A stretch of DNA of 8,559 nucleotides from Octopus sinensis (taxonomy: Eukaryota), in contig NW_021828384.1 of assembly GCF_006345805.1 (NCBI RefSeq), positions 1 through 8,559 on the forward strand, in the 5' to 3' direction. Every line of letters starts with the position of its first letter. The first letter of the stretch is position 1. The notes below the pieces were generated by a model. That model saw only the letters and a program-made list of their open reading frames with translations. It did not search any database and had not been told where the DNA came from. Positions 1-8,206 of the stretch are shown in pieces. The position numbers and the translations under genes were made by a program.

Positions 1-17
1 GTATGTATGCAAAGATT

Positions 18-48
<31 letters not shown>

Positions 49-88
49 ATACATATGTACATATATATATACATATATATATATACAG

Positions 89-120
<32 letters not shown>
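1..120. repeat. Composite (AT)n/(AC)n microsatellite starting with the anchor GTATGTATGCAAAGATT
   Basis: Direct reading. Positions 1-90 nearly match 2911-3010. Confidence 0.95.
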
Positions 121-121
<1 letters not shown>

Positions 122-194
122 TGTTGTAAAGTGGGCTGGATTATACGTTAAATAGAATATAATAAACATCGTACACAAGATTAAATAATTACAG

Positions 195-241
195 ATGACT
201 GCAACGAAAATACATTCCTCTGTTTGCACCTGGCAACCAAA
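195..241 (+). CDS. Candidate small coding exon A (phase 1 to 0), xDCNENTFLCLHLATK
   Basis: Acceptor taattacag| (AG 193-194) and strong donor AAA|GTAAGA (GT 242-243). Frame is open. No homolog recognised. Confidence 0.3.
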
Positions 242-344
242 GTAAGATCCTTCCTGGCGATTTAAAGAAAACTCTCTAAAAATGATGCGCTGTAAAGATT
301 CGATCTATGATTGGAAATGCATGTTTCAAAAACCTAAGAATATA

Positions 345-759
345 GGCGCAGGAGTGGCTGTGTGATAAGTAGCTTGCTTACCAACCACATGGTTCCGGGT
401 TCAGTCCGACTGCTTGGAATCTTGGGTAAGTGTCTTCTGCTATAGCCTCGGGCCGACCAAAGCCTTGTGAGTGGATTTGGTAGACGGAAACTGAAAGAAG
501 CCTGTCGTATATATGTATATATATATATATGTATGTGTATATATATGTTTGTGTGTCTGTGTTTGTCCCCCTAGCATTGCTTGACAACCGATGCTGGTGT
601 GTTTACGTCCCCGTCACTTAGCGGTTCGGCAAAAGAGACCGATAGAATAAGTACTGGGCTTACAAAGAATAAGTCCCGGGGTCGATTTGCTCGACTAAAG
701 GCGGTGCTCCAGCATGGCTGCAGTCAAATGACTGAAACAAGTAAAAGAGTAAAAGAGTA
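345..759 (+). mobile_element. Full-length tRNA-derived SINE (octopus-type), copy 1
   Basis: Head GGCGCAGG, A-box-like TGGCTGTGTGAT (355-366), B-box-like GGTTCAGTCC (398-407), central (AT/GT)n tract at about 508-560, and (GTAAAAGA)n tail. Colinear with 4213-4645 and with the reverse complement of 1739-2107. Flanked by AAGAATATA (336-344) and AAGAGTATA (760-768). Confidence 0.92.
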
Positions 760-1116
760 AAGAGTATAGACTCAATAATTTAGAGAAAATGATCATATAT
801 ACGCAAATGATACGCGAGATAGTTTATAAGACAGAGATATATGTATATATGTTTGTGTGTATGGTCATGTGTATGTGTGCCCTTCAACGTTTGTCCCTCA
901 GCTTCTAATAGAAGGACAGTTGGTGTGGTTTGAGCAGGAGGATATACCCTCAATGTGTAGAAACGTTCGAGCTTTTTCAAAGGATGCGAGAAACGATGAA
1001 AGAAAGAAAGGTAGTGAGAGTCGATCCCAGAAATGTACGGCTAAGTTGTCCTCAGTGGGACAGGAAGTTAGAGAGACGAAGAGAATACCTGTATCCGAGT
1101 GACTAATTTGTCTATT

Positions 1117-1132
1117 TCTCCCCCCTCTCTCT

Positions 1133-1165
<33 letters not shown>
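1117..1165. repeat. (CT)n microsatellite
   Basis: Direct reading. Confidence 0.95.
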
Positions 1166-1169
<4 letters not shown>

Positions 1170-1738
1170 GTGTGTGTTTAATCACAAATATGAAGAATGG
1201 AGTAAGTGATTTTAACATGTTAATTTTCTGTTGTTTCATCTCGGTTCGATCTCATCAATCTTGACATATCATGCAATAATGCATTCAACTATTGATTGCT
1301 CTCCAAGTACTATTGAAATGATACATGTCGAATCATCAGAATTGCATATAAAAATCTATTGAAAGTACTTGACTTATCTAGAATTTATATGTATATCGAA
1401 TCTCATTTACATATAAACAAAAGAAACTGTTGGTAAGAGTTAATTGGTCATACTCAATTCTGATTAACCTTATTCGACTTGAGTCATTTCAATAGCGCTC
1501 TTGGAGGGTAATGAATAGTTGCACATATTATTGCATAATATGGCAAGATTGATGAGGTCGAATTGCGATGAAACAATATTAAATTCTTTTAGTTAAAACT
1601 TGCCGACACCATTATTTTCGCTCTACTGATCGGAGTGAATTTTCAGATAGTTTGGAAGAATGAGCAAACTCCAGATTACTGTTTTCTCTGATAGCCAATA
1701 CCCATGGATGAGCTTAATTCCAAGATCAATTAAAAAAA

Positions 1739-2107
1739 TTTTATCTTTTATTTGTTCCAGTCATTAGACTGCGGCCTAGAAGAGGTTTTATTCAATGCAT
1801 CCACATCAGTTCTTAATTTTGTTAAGCCTGGTACTTATTCTATTGATGTCTTGCGAACAGCTAACTTATGAGGATGTAAATACAACACCTGTTGTGAAGC
1901 GGTGGTGAGGGACAAACCTAGACACAAACACATACACACACACACGACGGGCTTCTTTCAGTTTCTGTCTACCAAATCCACTCACCAGGCTTTGGTCGAC
2001 CCGAGGCTATAGTAAAAAACACTTATCCTAGGTACCAAGCAGTGGGGCAGAATCGGGAACCGTGAGACTAAGGAGAAATCTCCTTACTACGCAGCTAGAA
2101 CTGCACC
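1739..2107 (-). mobile_element. Older, more diverged tRNA-derived SINE of the same superfamily, copy 2
   Basis: GACGGGCTTCTTTCAGTTTCTGTCTACCAAATCCACTCACCAGGCTTTGGTCGACCCGAGGCTATAG (about 1926-1992) is the reverse complement of the copy 1 body. The minus strand begins GGTGCAG, and the tail reverse complement TTTTATCTTTTATTTGTTCCAGTCA starts at about 1739. Confidence 0.88.
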
Positions 2108-2258
2108 TGTCCAAATGAATTTATCATCGTTAAATTTTCACGCATGCGTGTACTTATATTCACACATCAGTCAAAGCCCCCCCCTCTCAGCGGCCTGTTT
2201 TCTATTGCTTTACAACCATTACATTAACAGTTCGATAAATAGAGTCCATTAACATAAG

Positions 2259-2360
2259 GTGACAGAATAAAAGAAAATACCGGGGACTACAAAACCCTTG
2301 AACTCTGTGTTACATCATGGCGGCCGACAAAAGTAATAGAGTAACTGAAACCTCAAAGAA
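2259..2360 (+). mobile_element. Highly degenerate 3' fragment of the same SINE type
   Basis: Ordered remnants ACAGAATAA, ATACCGGGG, CATGGCGGCC and TAACTGAAAC parallel ATAGAATAA, GTCCCGGGG, CATGGCTGC and TGACTGAAAC in copy 1. Confidence 0.4.
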
Positions 2361-2559
2361 ATGTATTTTCACTATAGAATTAGATGGAAGCTAACATATG
2401 TTTCGCATAGTATCGAAATTTAATTGAAAACTTTTGCGTATATAAAATTATTTTGCAGTAAAAAAATACGTAACATAAACTTTACAAGTTTCTTCCTTGT
2501 AAAATATTCCAAGTTTAAGAGACAATACAAAGAAACCAGACGACATACTCATCCCCAAC

Positions 2560-2581
2560 ACACACATATGTGTGTACATAT

Positions 2582-2630
<49 letters not shown>

Positions 2631-2675
2631 CATATATACATATATATATACATATATATATGTATGTATGCAAAG

Positions 2676-2736
<61 letters not shown>

Positions 2737-2786
2737 CATACATATATACATATATATATACATATATATATGTATGTATGCAAAGA

Positions 2787-2836
<50 letters not shown>

Positions 2837-2933
2837 ATATATATACTAATATATACATATATATATATAATATAATATATATATACACATATATATATAC
2901 ATATATATATGTATGTATGCAAAGATTTATACG

Positions 2934-2966
<33 letters not shown>

Positions 2967-3028
2967 CAATACATATGTACATATATATATACATATATAT
3001 ATATATACAGACCACACACCACACACAC

Positions 3029-3072
<44 letters not shown>
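2560..3072. repeat. Higher-order tandem repeat built from (AT)n/ATAC microsatellite
   Basis: Anchor GTATGTATGCAAAGATT at 2662, 2772 and 2911 (spacings 110 and 139), each preceded by a similar CATATATATATACATATATATAT block. Confidence 0.9.
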
Positions 3073-3074
<2 letters not shown>

Positions 3075-3439
3075 ATCTTTTCTGTGATATGCGCTTTCTT
3101 TAAAATTTTGAAGACATTTGTATTGAAAATATGAAAGTATATATAATATTTCGATGCAGAAATATTCAGAATAGTCATGATTTCAATTCAAATATAGAGA
3201 TACGTTTTCCATAAGCTCCGAGACAGAAATAGATATAGATAAACTCACGTTTATACACATCCATGCATACCTGTCGACACACAAAATCCTATTACAGTTA
3301 CACACGACAAAATATTTCTACGCCGCCAAGAAGCAGATACAGCAAGCTACGCAAAAATATGTCTAAACTGATGTATGTTTATTTATATAGATATCCAGTA
3401 TAGCTATTCAGCATATGTTGTGTATATACGCATACAAGA

Positions 3440-3561
3440 CTGTTATACATTTCACGCTGTTAAATGCATATATATATATATATGTGTGTATATATCTGTA
3501 CGTATGTATGCATATATAGATATAAGAGAAAGTCAGAGAAAGAGAAAGAGAGAAAGAGATA

Positions 3562-3612
<51 letters not shown>

Positions 3613-3636
3613 ACACTCACACACACGAATATGTAT

Positions 3637-3667
<31 letters not shown>

Positions 3668-3955
3668 GATATACGTATACATATATAATGAATATATATG
3701 TATACATATACATATACATATATATATATTATGTATATGAATATAACACATACATATATACGCATATATGTTATACATATGTGAATATATATATATGCAT
3801 ATACATATGCATATATATATATTTGAATATATATATATGTATATATGTGTATGTAAATGCATATGTTAATATATAAACGCTCACACACACGCACACACAC
3901 ACATATATATATATATAATATTTACATGTATATACACACACGTACGCAAATATAT
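3440..3955. repeat. Degenerate (AT)n-rich composite microsatellite with (AG)n and (AC)n patches
   Basis: Direct reading. Confidence 0.9.
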
Positions 3956-4062
3956 ATCATTTAATGTACACGGTATTTAAATGAAAGCCACTAATAGTTT
4001 CATGACATCAAGATACGATATTCGGAATTTCTATATAAAATAGCCTTATATAAAATCTCCAG

Positions 4063-4152
4063 GCAGTCGTCTGGGCACAACGCACATTTGTCACGTTGGA
4101 AGACCAGGACAGTGGTCCGTGCAGAATCCACAAGCAAAACGAAGAAAAAGAG
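4063..4152 (+). CDS. Candidate coding exon B (90 nt, phase 0 to 0), AVVWAQRTFVTLEDQDSGPCRIHKQNEEKE
   Basis: Acceptor tctccag| (4061-4062) and donor GAG|GTTCGT (4153). A GC-richer island in AT-rich flanks. All three frames are open across it, so the frame is inferred only from neighbouring candidates. Confidence 0.35.
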
Positions 4153-4212
4153 GTTCGTTGCAAAACGTGAAACGAGAAACAACGAGTAAATACAGATGAA
4201 AAACGAAATAAA

Positions 4213-4393
4213 TGTGTGGTAAGTAGCTTGTTTACCAACCACATGGTTCTGGGTTCAGTACCAGTGCGTGGCATCTTGGGCAAGTGTCTTCTGCTATAGC
4301 CACGGGCCAACCAAAGCTTTGTGAGTGGATTTGGTAGACGGAAACTGAAGGAAGACCGTCGTATAGATGTATATATATGCATGTATGTGTATG

Positions 4394-4427
<34 letters not shown>

Positions 4428-4645
4428 CGTGTATGTTTGTGTGTCTGTGTTTGTGCCCCTAGCATTGCTTGACAACCGATGCTGGTGTGTTTATGTCCCC
4501 GTCATTTAGCGGTTTGGCAAAAGAGACCGATAGAATAAGTACTGGGCTTACAAAGAATAAGTCCTGGGGTCGAGTTGCTCGATTAAAGGCGGTGCTCCAG
4601 CATGGCCGCAGTCAAAATGACTGAAATAAGTAAAAGAGAAAGAGA
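4213..4645 (+). mobile_element. tRNA-derived SINE, copy 3, 5'-truncated by 14 nt, with an 8-bp target-site duplication
   Basis: Colinear with copy 1 from its position 359 onward. GAAATAAA at 4205-4212 and 4646-4653. Confidence 0.92.
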
Positions 4646-4767
4646 GAAATAAAACCGAACCAATTCTAGGTTTTCTTCTCGTTTCTCTTTTTCCCGTTTA
4701 TATTCACACTTAGTCTTCTGGTTCCACTTTTTGAGTCAACGTTCTCATGGTTTCTCATGGGACAGCG

Positions 4768-4905
4768 TCAGTACTTATTTTTTGGTAAGCCTCATATTAA
4801 TTCTATCGGTTACTTGTTGCCGAACCGCTAAGTTACGGTGACGTAAAGACACACCAACTGGTTGTCAAACGCTGTTAGGGACAAACACAAATACAAAAAC
4901 ACATA
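4768..4905 (-). mobile_element. Fragment of the SINE 3' half (head and extreme tail missing)
   Basis: TTCTATCGGT...TTGCCGAACCGCTAAGTTACGGTGACGTAAAGACACACCAACTGGTTGTCAAACG...GGGACAAACAC is the reverse complement of copy 1 at about 555-655. Confidence 0.8.
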
Positions 4906-5215
4906 TACATACATACATACATACATACATACAACATACATACATACATACAGGCATACATACATACATAGTGCAAATATATGCATACATACATACATAC
5001 ATAAATACATACATACATTAATACATATATACATACATACATACGTACATACATACGTACAGACATACTTACATACATACATACGTGCATACATACATTC
5101 ATACATAATACATACAGGCATACATACATAATACATAAATACATACATACATACGTGCATACATACATACGTGCATACATACATACATACATACATACTT
5201 ACATACACGTATACA
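4902..5215. repeat. Long (CATA)n tetranucleotide microsatellite
   Basis: Direct reading, with interruptions such as CGTG and CAGG. Confidence 0.95.
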
Positions 5216-5865
5216 TGATGGCTGCCCCCTCGTTATCGAGTATGGCAATTGCACGAAGCTTAACTGTTACTGGTGCTGTGATCGAATGTGACTTTTATTT
5301 GCTTTTTAAGGCTACAGCCAGCCATTCAGTTGAGACTCACAGTACCATCAACAATCATGAACAATGTTGTTATCGTGCAATGCCTGAGCAAGAAGATTTT
5401 TTTAAAGTGAGGAAAGGCTGTGCACTGAGTCGATCCCACCCACTAAGCAACTGCAGCCATAATCCGAAAAGAAGAACAAGTCAACATCATTGGTAACCAC
5501 TGAGCCGCAGATTTTATGTCGGAGTTATCCCAGTTACCTGAGTTACCTTGTCCTAGAAGGATGCCCTAACAAAGGCTAGAAGTCCTTCACTCCCAATGGT
5601 TTAACCGCACGATCGGGTATTCAATCCGATTATTTCTATGTCCTCACGCTTGATACAGCTTTAAGACATTTATTGGATGGCCGTTGACTCTCAAGAGTTC
5701 CTCCGCCCTTTGACTGGTTTTGTTTTTCATACAGCAGGGTGTCCAATAAACACCTTCTTCCCCAAGCAAGCTTGGTGGGGTTGCCGGTTTAGTCGCCGAC
5801 GACCCGACCATGCAACAGGTTGTACTGGGTTACATGTTACCAGTAGCACTCGAAAGTGACCTGAC
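5216..5865 (-). mobile_element. Non-autonomous RTE-LINE-derived element (5' UTR-like part plus 3' tail, no ORF)
   Basis: The minus strand ends ...CTCGATAACGAGGGGGCAGCCATCAT followed by (GTAT)n, resembling RTE 3' ends with microsatellite tails. The internal GGGCATCCTTCTAGGACAAGGTAACTC and the 5' GGCGACTAAACC resemble RTE 5' UTR motifs as I recall them. No database check was possible. Confidence 0.55.
5781..5865 (-). ncRNA. Structured RNA at the 5' end of the element; partial HDV-like ribozyme fold
   Basis: P1-like GUCAGGU/ACCUGUU, hairpin CACU-UUCG-AGUG, P3-like UGU/ACA around AACCCAGU, UCG-UCGG-CGA followed by CUAA, and CUGGU/ACCGG pairing. Junction lengths are non-canonical. Confidence 0.3.
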
Positions 5866-5868
5866 ATA

Positions 5869-5944
5869 ATATATATACATACATACATACATACATACAT
5901 ACTCATAGGCATACACGCACACACACGAATACACACACACACAC
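5869..5944. repeat. (TACA)n/(CA)n microsatellite
   Basis: Direct reading. Confidence 0.9.
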
Positions 5945-6481
5945 AATTTTATGTCGGTAGGGTAAAGCTTCAGCTGTATCCTCCTGAAGCACACCTGCTT
6001 ATAACAGAATTACAATCTCGTGTGTTGTTGTTGTCATGGTATTTGTGTGAGATAAATTTTAAAGTTCTGGAAAATTCTGGAAATATTATTTCCAAAGTTA
6101 TTATATAACAAATCAGTAATGTGGAAAATTTGCTGGAATTATTTAATCCCTATTACATATATTTCATTAGCTAATAAGATTAGCTAAATCGTACATGTTG
6201 GATAAATATGTAAAAAAATTCCTAACGGAAATTCTTCTGACCGAGAATCAAACATAAATAATTTACTTAGACGGAAAAAGCCAGAAGACATCTATGAGAT
6301 TCGAGCCCTGCATCTGCTGCTTCGTTTACCGCAGATGCATGATTCAACTCGCGCGGGTGGCCTTCGGCTTTTTAGTTTTCTGTTCAAGTGTTTTTTTTCT
6401 TTGTCGCTTTTGGCCAGTGCATTATGGGTAATTATTGCTGGTTTCGCTGTCTAAATACTTCGATAATAGATGACTTATATC

Positions 6482-6598
6482 CACACACAGACACACACAC
6501 ACACACACATATTTAGAGACAGATGCATACAGATATATATATGTATGTATATGTGTTTATGTATACAAATCGAGAGAGAGAGAGAGAGAGGGAGAGAG
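6482..6598. repeat. (CA)n, (AT/GT)n and (GA)n microsatellite cluster
   Basis: Direct reading. Confidence 0.85.
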
Positions 6599-6698
6599 GC
6601 TCTGAGAATGTGTGTCCATCTGATAGTGGAGAAATGTGTGGCGTAATCTAATGACCAATATTAATATGAAAACGATTTCTTCTTTATCTTTACCATAA

Positions 6699-7310
6699 AT
6701 CTTAAATGTAATAATCAGAGTTATACATATAGAAGCAACAACAAAAACAATAACGAAGACGAAGCTCAAACAAAGCTCACACGATTTGAAAAACACTGAT
6801 AAAATCTTAATATGGAAAAGTTACAAGAGCAATCTATTCGTTATTATGAACAAAATTGAATATATCAGAAAATCGATACTACATAATACAACAACAGCAA
6901 ATTCGTCAAAATTAAGTAAGATAACACTACACGCGTAGAATTCAAACTCAACAAATTAAGTACATAGAAAGAAAGAGTTTTCCCCGAATATATATCTATA
7001 GAAATACATAAACATAATAAGCGATTCCGACCTATTATCTTTCAAATCAAATCAACACACCAACATACGAAACACTAAACAATTTGACATAATTATCGAA
7101 CAATATACACCAGAGATATATAGATTCTGCTTATCTGACGAGTTCATGTAGAATCTGCTAGAAACCGATAAATTTGGCAAGTTTTTCGCTGTGGATACAG
7201 GAAGGCTTATCAGTTATGTTCACGTAATTGAAACCATTGATATGATACTAGGTGAATTATATATACACCCAGAATTAAAAGCGCCTTATAATTCAAGAAA
7301 TATCTTTGAT
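6699..7310 (+). pseudogene. Decayed Penelope-like element reverse transcriptase, N-terminal part
   Basis: Manual translation. Frame 3 gives DLKNTDKILIWKSYKSNLFVIMNKIEYI (cf. I-I-K-ADKG-VVIM-Y). Frame 2 gives NSKFVKIK*DNTTRVEFKLNKL and FPEYISIEIHKHNKRFRPIIFQIKST (cf. PKIHK---P-RPIIS). Frame 3 then gives KQFDIIIEQYTPEIYRFCLSDEFM*NLLETDKFGKFFAVDTGRLISYVHVIETIDMIL (cf. S-EF...SLDV-SLFT-VP--ETI). Motif order and spacing fit, with two frameshifts and several stops. Confidence 0.75.
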
Positions 7311-7633
7311 ATAATTCAACAAGCACGCGCAGTGGAGGTGCATACGATACATTTTTCCTACACGACACTACACACATATCATCCTCAAAAACCGACCCAC
7401 AAAATTATAAAGGACGAAGCAAAATTTACACAGGACGAAGCAAAATATTAGTTACACAGTTACAATTAACGAATATATGGAACATCTCAACCTATGGAAA
7501 ATATATGTTACATTTAAAGATCATAAGTATAATCTTAAAGGAAACCATAGACGCAGCTTAATTAACCTAATGATACTTGAAATAGGAAGAATGTGCTATA
7601 AATACGGGATGTTATCTTCGTTGAAACACATGT

Positions 7634-7679
7634 TCTGTTCCTGAGGAACTCCACCTACAAACAGGAAAGCATTAACAGA
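7634..7679 (+). ncRNA. Degenerate type I hammerhead-like motif downstream of the Penelope relic
   Basis: UCUGUU (7634-7639) pairs with AACAGA (7674-7679) and encloses CUGAGGA (7641-7647), GAAA (7665-7668) and UU (7672-7673). Stems II and III are poorly formed. Confidence 0.4.
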
Positions 7680-7823
7680 CAAAACAATAATGAGAGCATT
7701 AGAATTTCTTAACATTTAACTATATCTCCTATCTTCATATCATCCTTCAGCAGTTTTTTTTCCTCCTTCAATCATCTTTCTTCCTCCCTTTTCAACCAAA
7801 CCATTGAATTCCATGTTTTAAAG

Positions 7824-7926
7824 CCTCGGTACAGTTACGGTAGCACTCAACCGATCACTTGTAATGTGATCTGGATTGTTCATGCCGATCGAGCATGCGT
7901 AAATAATATGTCTTCTGTCTGTGATT
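7824..7926 (+). CDS. Candidate coding exon C (103 nt, phase 0 to 1), PRYSYGSTQPITCNVIWIVHADRACVNNMSSVCD
   Basis: Pyrimidine-rich, AG-free stretch 7755-7821, first AG at 7822-7823, and consensus donor |GTAAGT at 7927. Only frame 3 is open. An alternative acceptor TACAG| lies at 7834. Confidence 0.45.
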
Positions 7927-8206
7927 GTAAGTATATGTGAGAAAGAAACAAATACAGTTCAAATCCTTTCGGTTTTTTTTGTTTTGTTTTTTTGCTTGAA
8001 TCTTCATTGAGTACAGCCAAATCTCATTTAAGGGTGCAGGCATTAACGTTGAGGGAGACCCGTTCATTTGCACAGTAGAAGATCGGTTAATTATAAAGTC
8101 CCATCTCCAGTCAACCATCAAACGATATTATAACTCTACGAAATTGACTGAAGAACTGAATACATATTGTGCCAAATCCAGAATAGCAGGATCAACCCAA
8201 AGTGTT

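Noticed and set aside
378-587. Repeated ORFs MSSNARGTNTDTQ (378-587 and 4008-4475)
   Set aside because: They are antisense reading frames of two SINE copies, not paralogous genes.
881-915. Third possible hammerhead relic (minus strand CCUUC...AAACGUU-GAAGG)
   Set aside because: Stem I and AACGUU are present, but the core reads UAUUAGA, GAAA lacks its G, and there is no clear stem II.
1519-1546. Hairpin CATATTAT-TGC-ATAATATG
   Set aside because: It is AT-rich and short, and plausible by chance.
2139-2150. Perfect 12-bp palindrome CACGCATGCGTG
   Set aside because: It is isolated, with no promoter context, so no function can be supported.
3298-3372. 75-nt AG/GT-bounded segment
   Set aside because: It is open only in phase 2 and does not fit the A-B-C model without extra assumptions. 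There is no other support.
2424-3900. Many long YI/IY-rich ORFs in the track, also 17-229 and 4828-5208
   Set aside because: They are translations of (AT)n and (CATA)n microsatellites, which lack stop codons.
5800-5845. Twister-like reading of the element 5' end (UAA-CAU...CAG-UACAAC-CUG...AUG)
   Set aside because: P1 and the T1 pseudoknot cannot be formed, and the GAGGG-like strand is missing.
5511-5957. 12-bp direct repeat ATTTTATGTCGG at 5511 and 5946
   Set aside because: One copy is internal to the RTE-like element, so the pair does not act as a target-site duplication for any element I can define.
7135-7165. CTGACGAG...GAAAC hammerhead-like core
   Set aside because: It lies within the RT coding relic (SDEF), with no closing stem II pair and no stem I.
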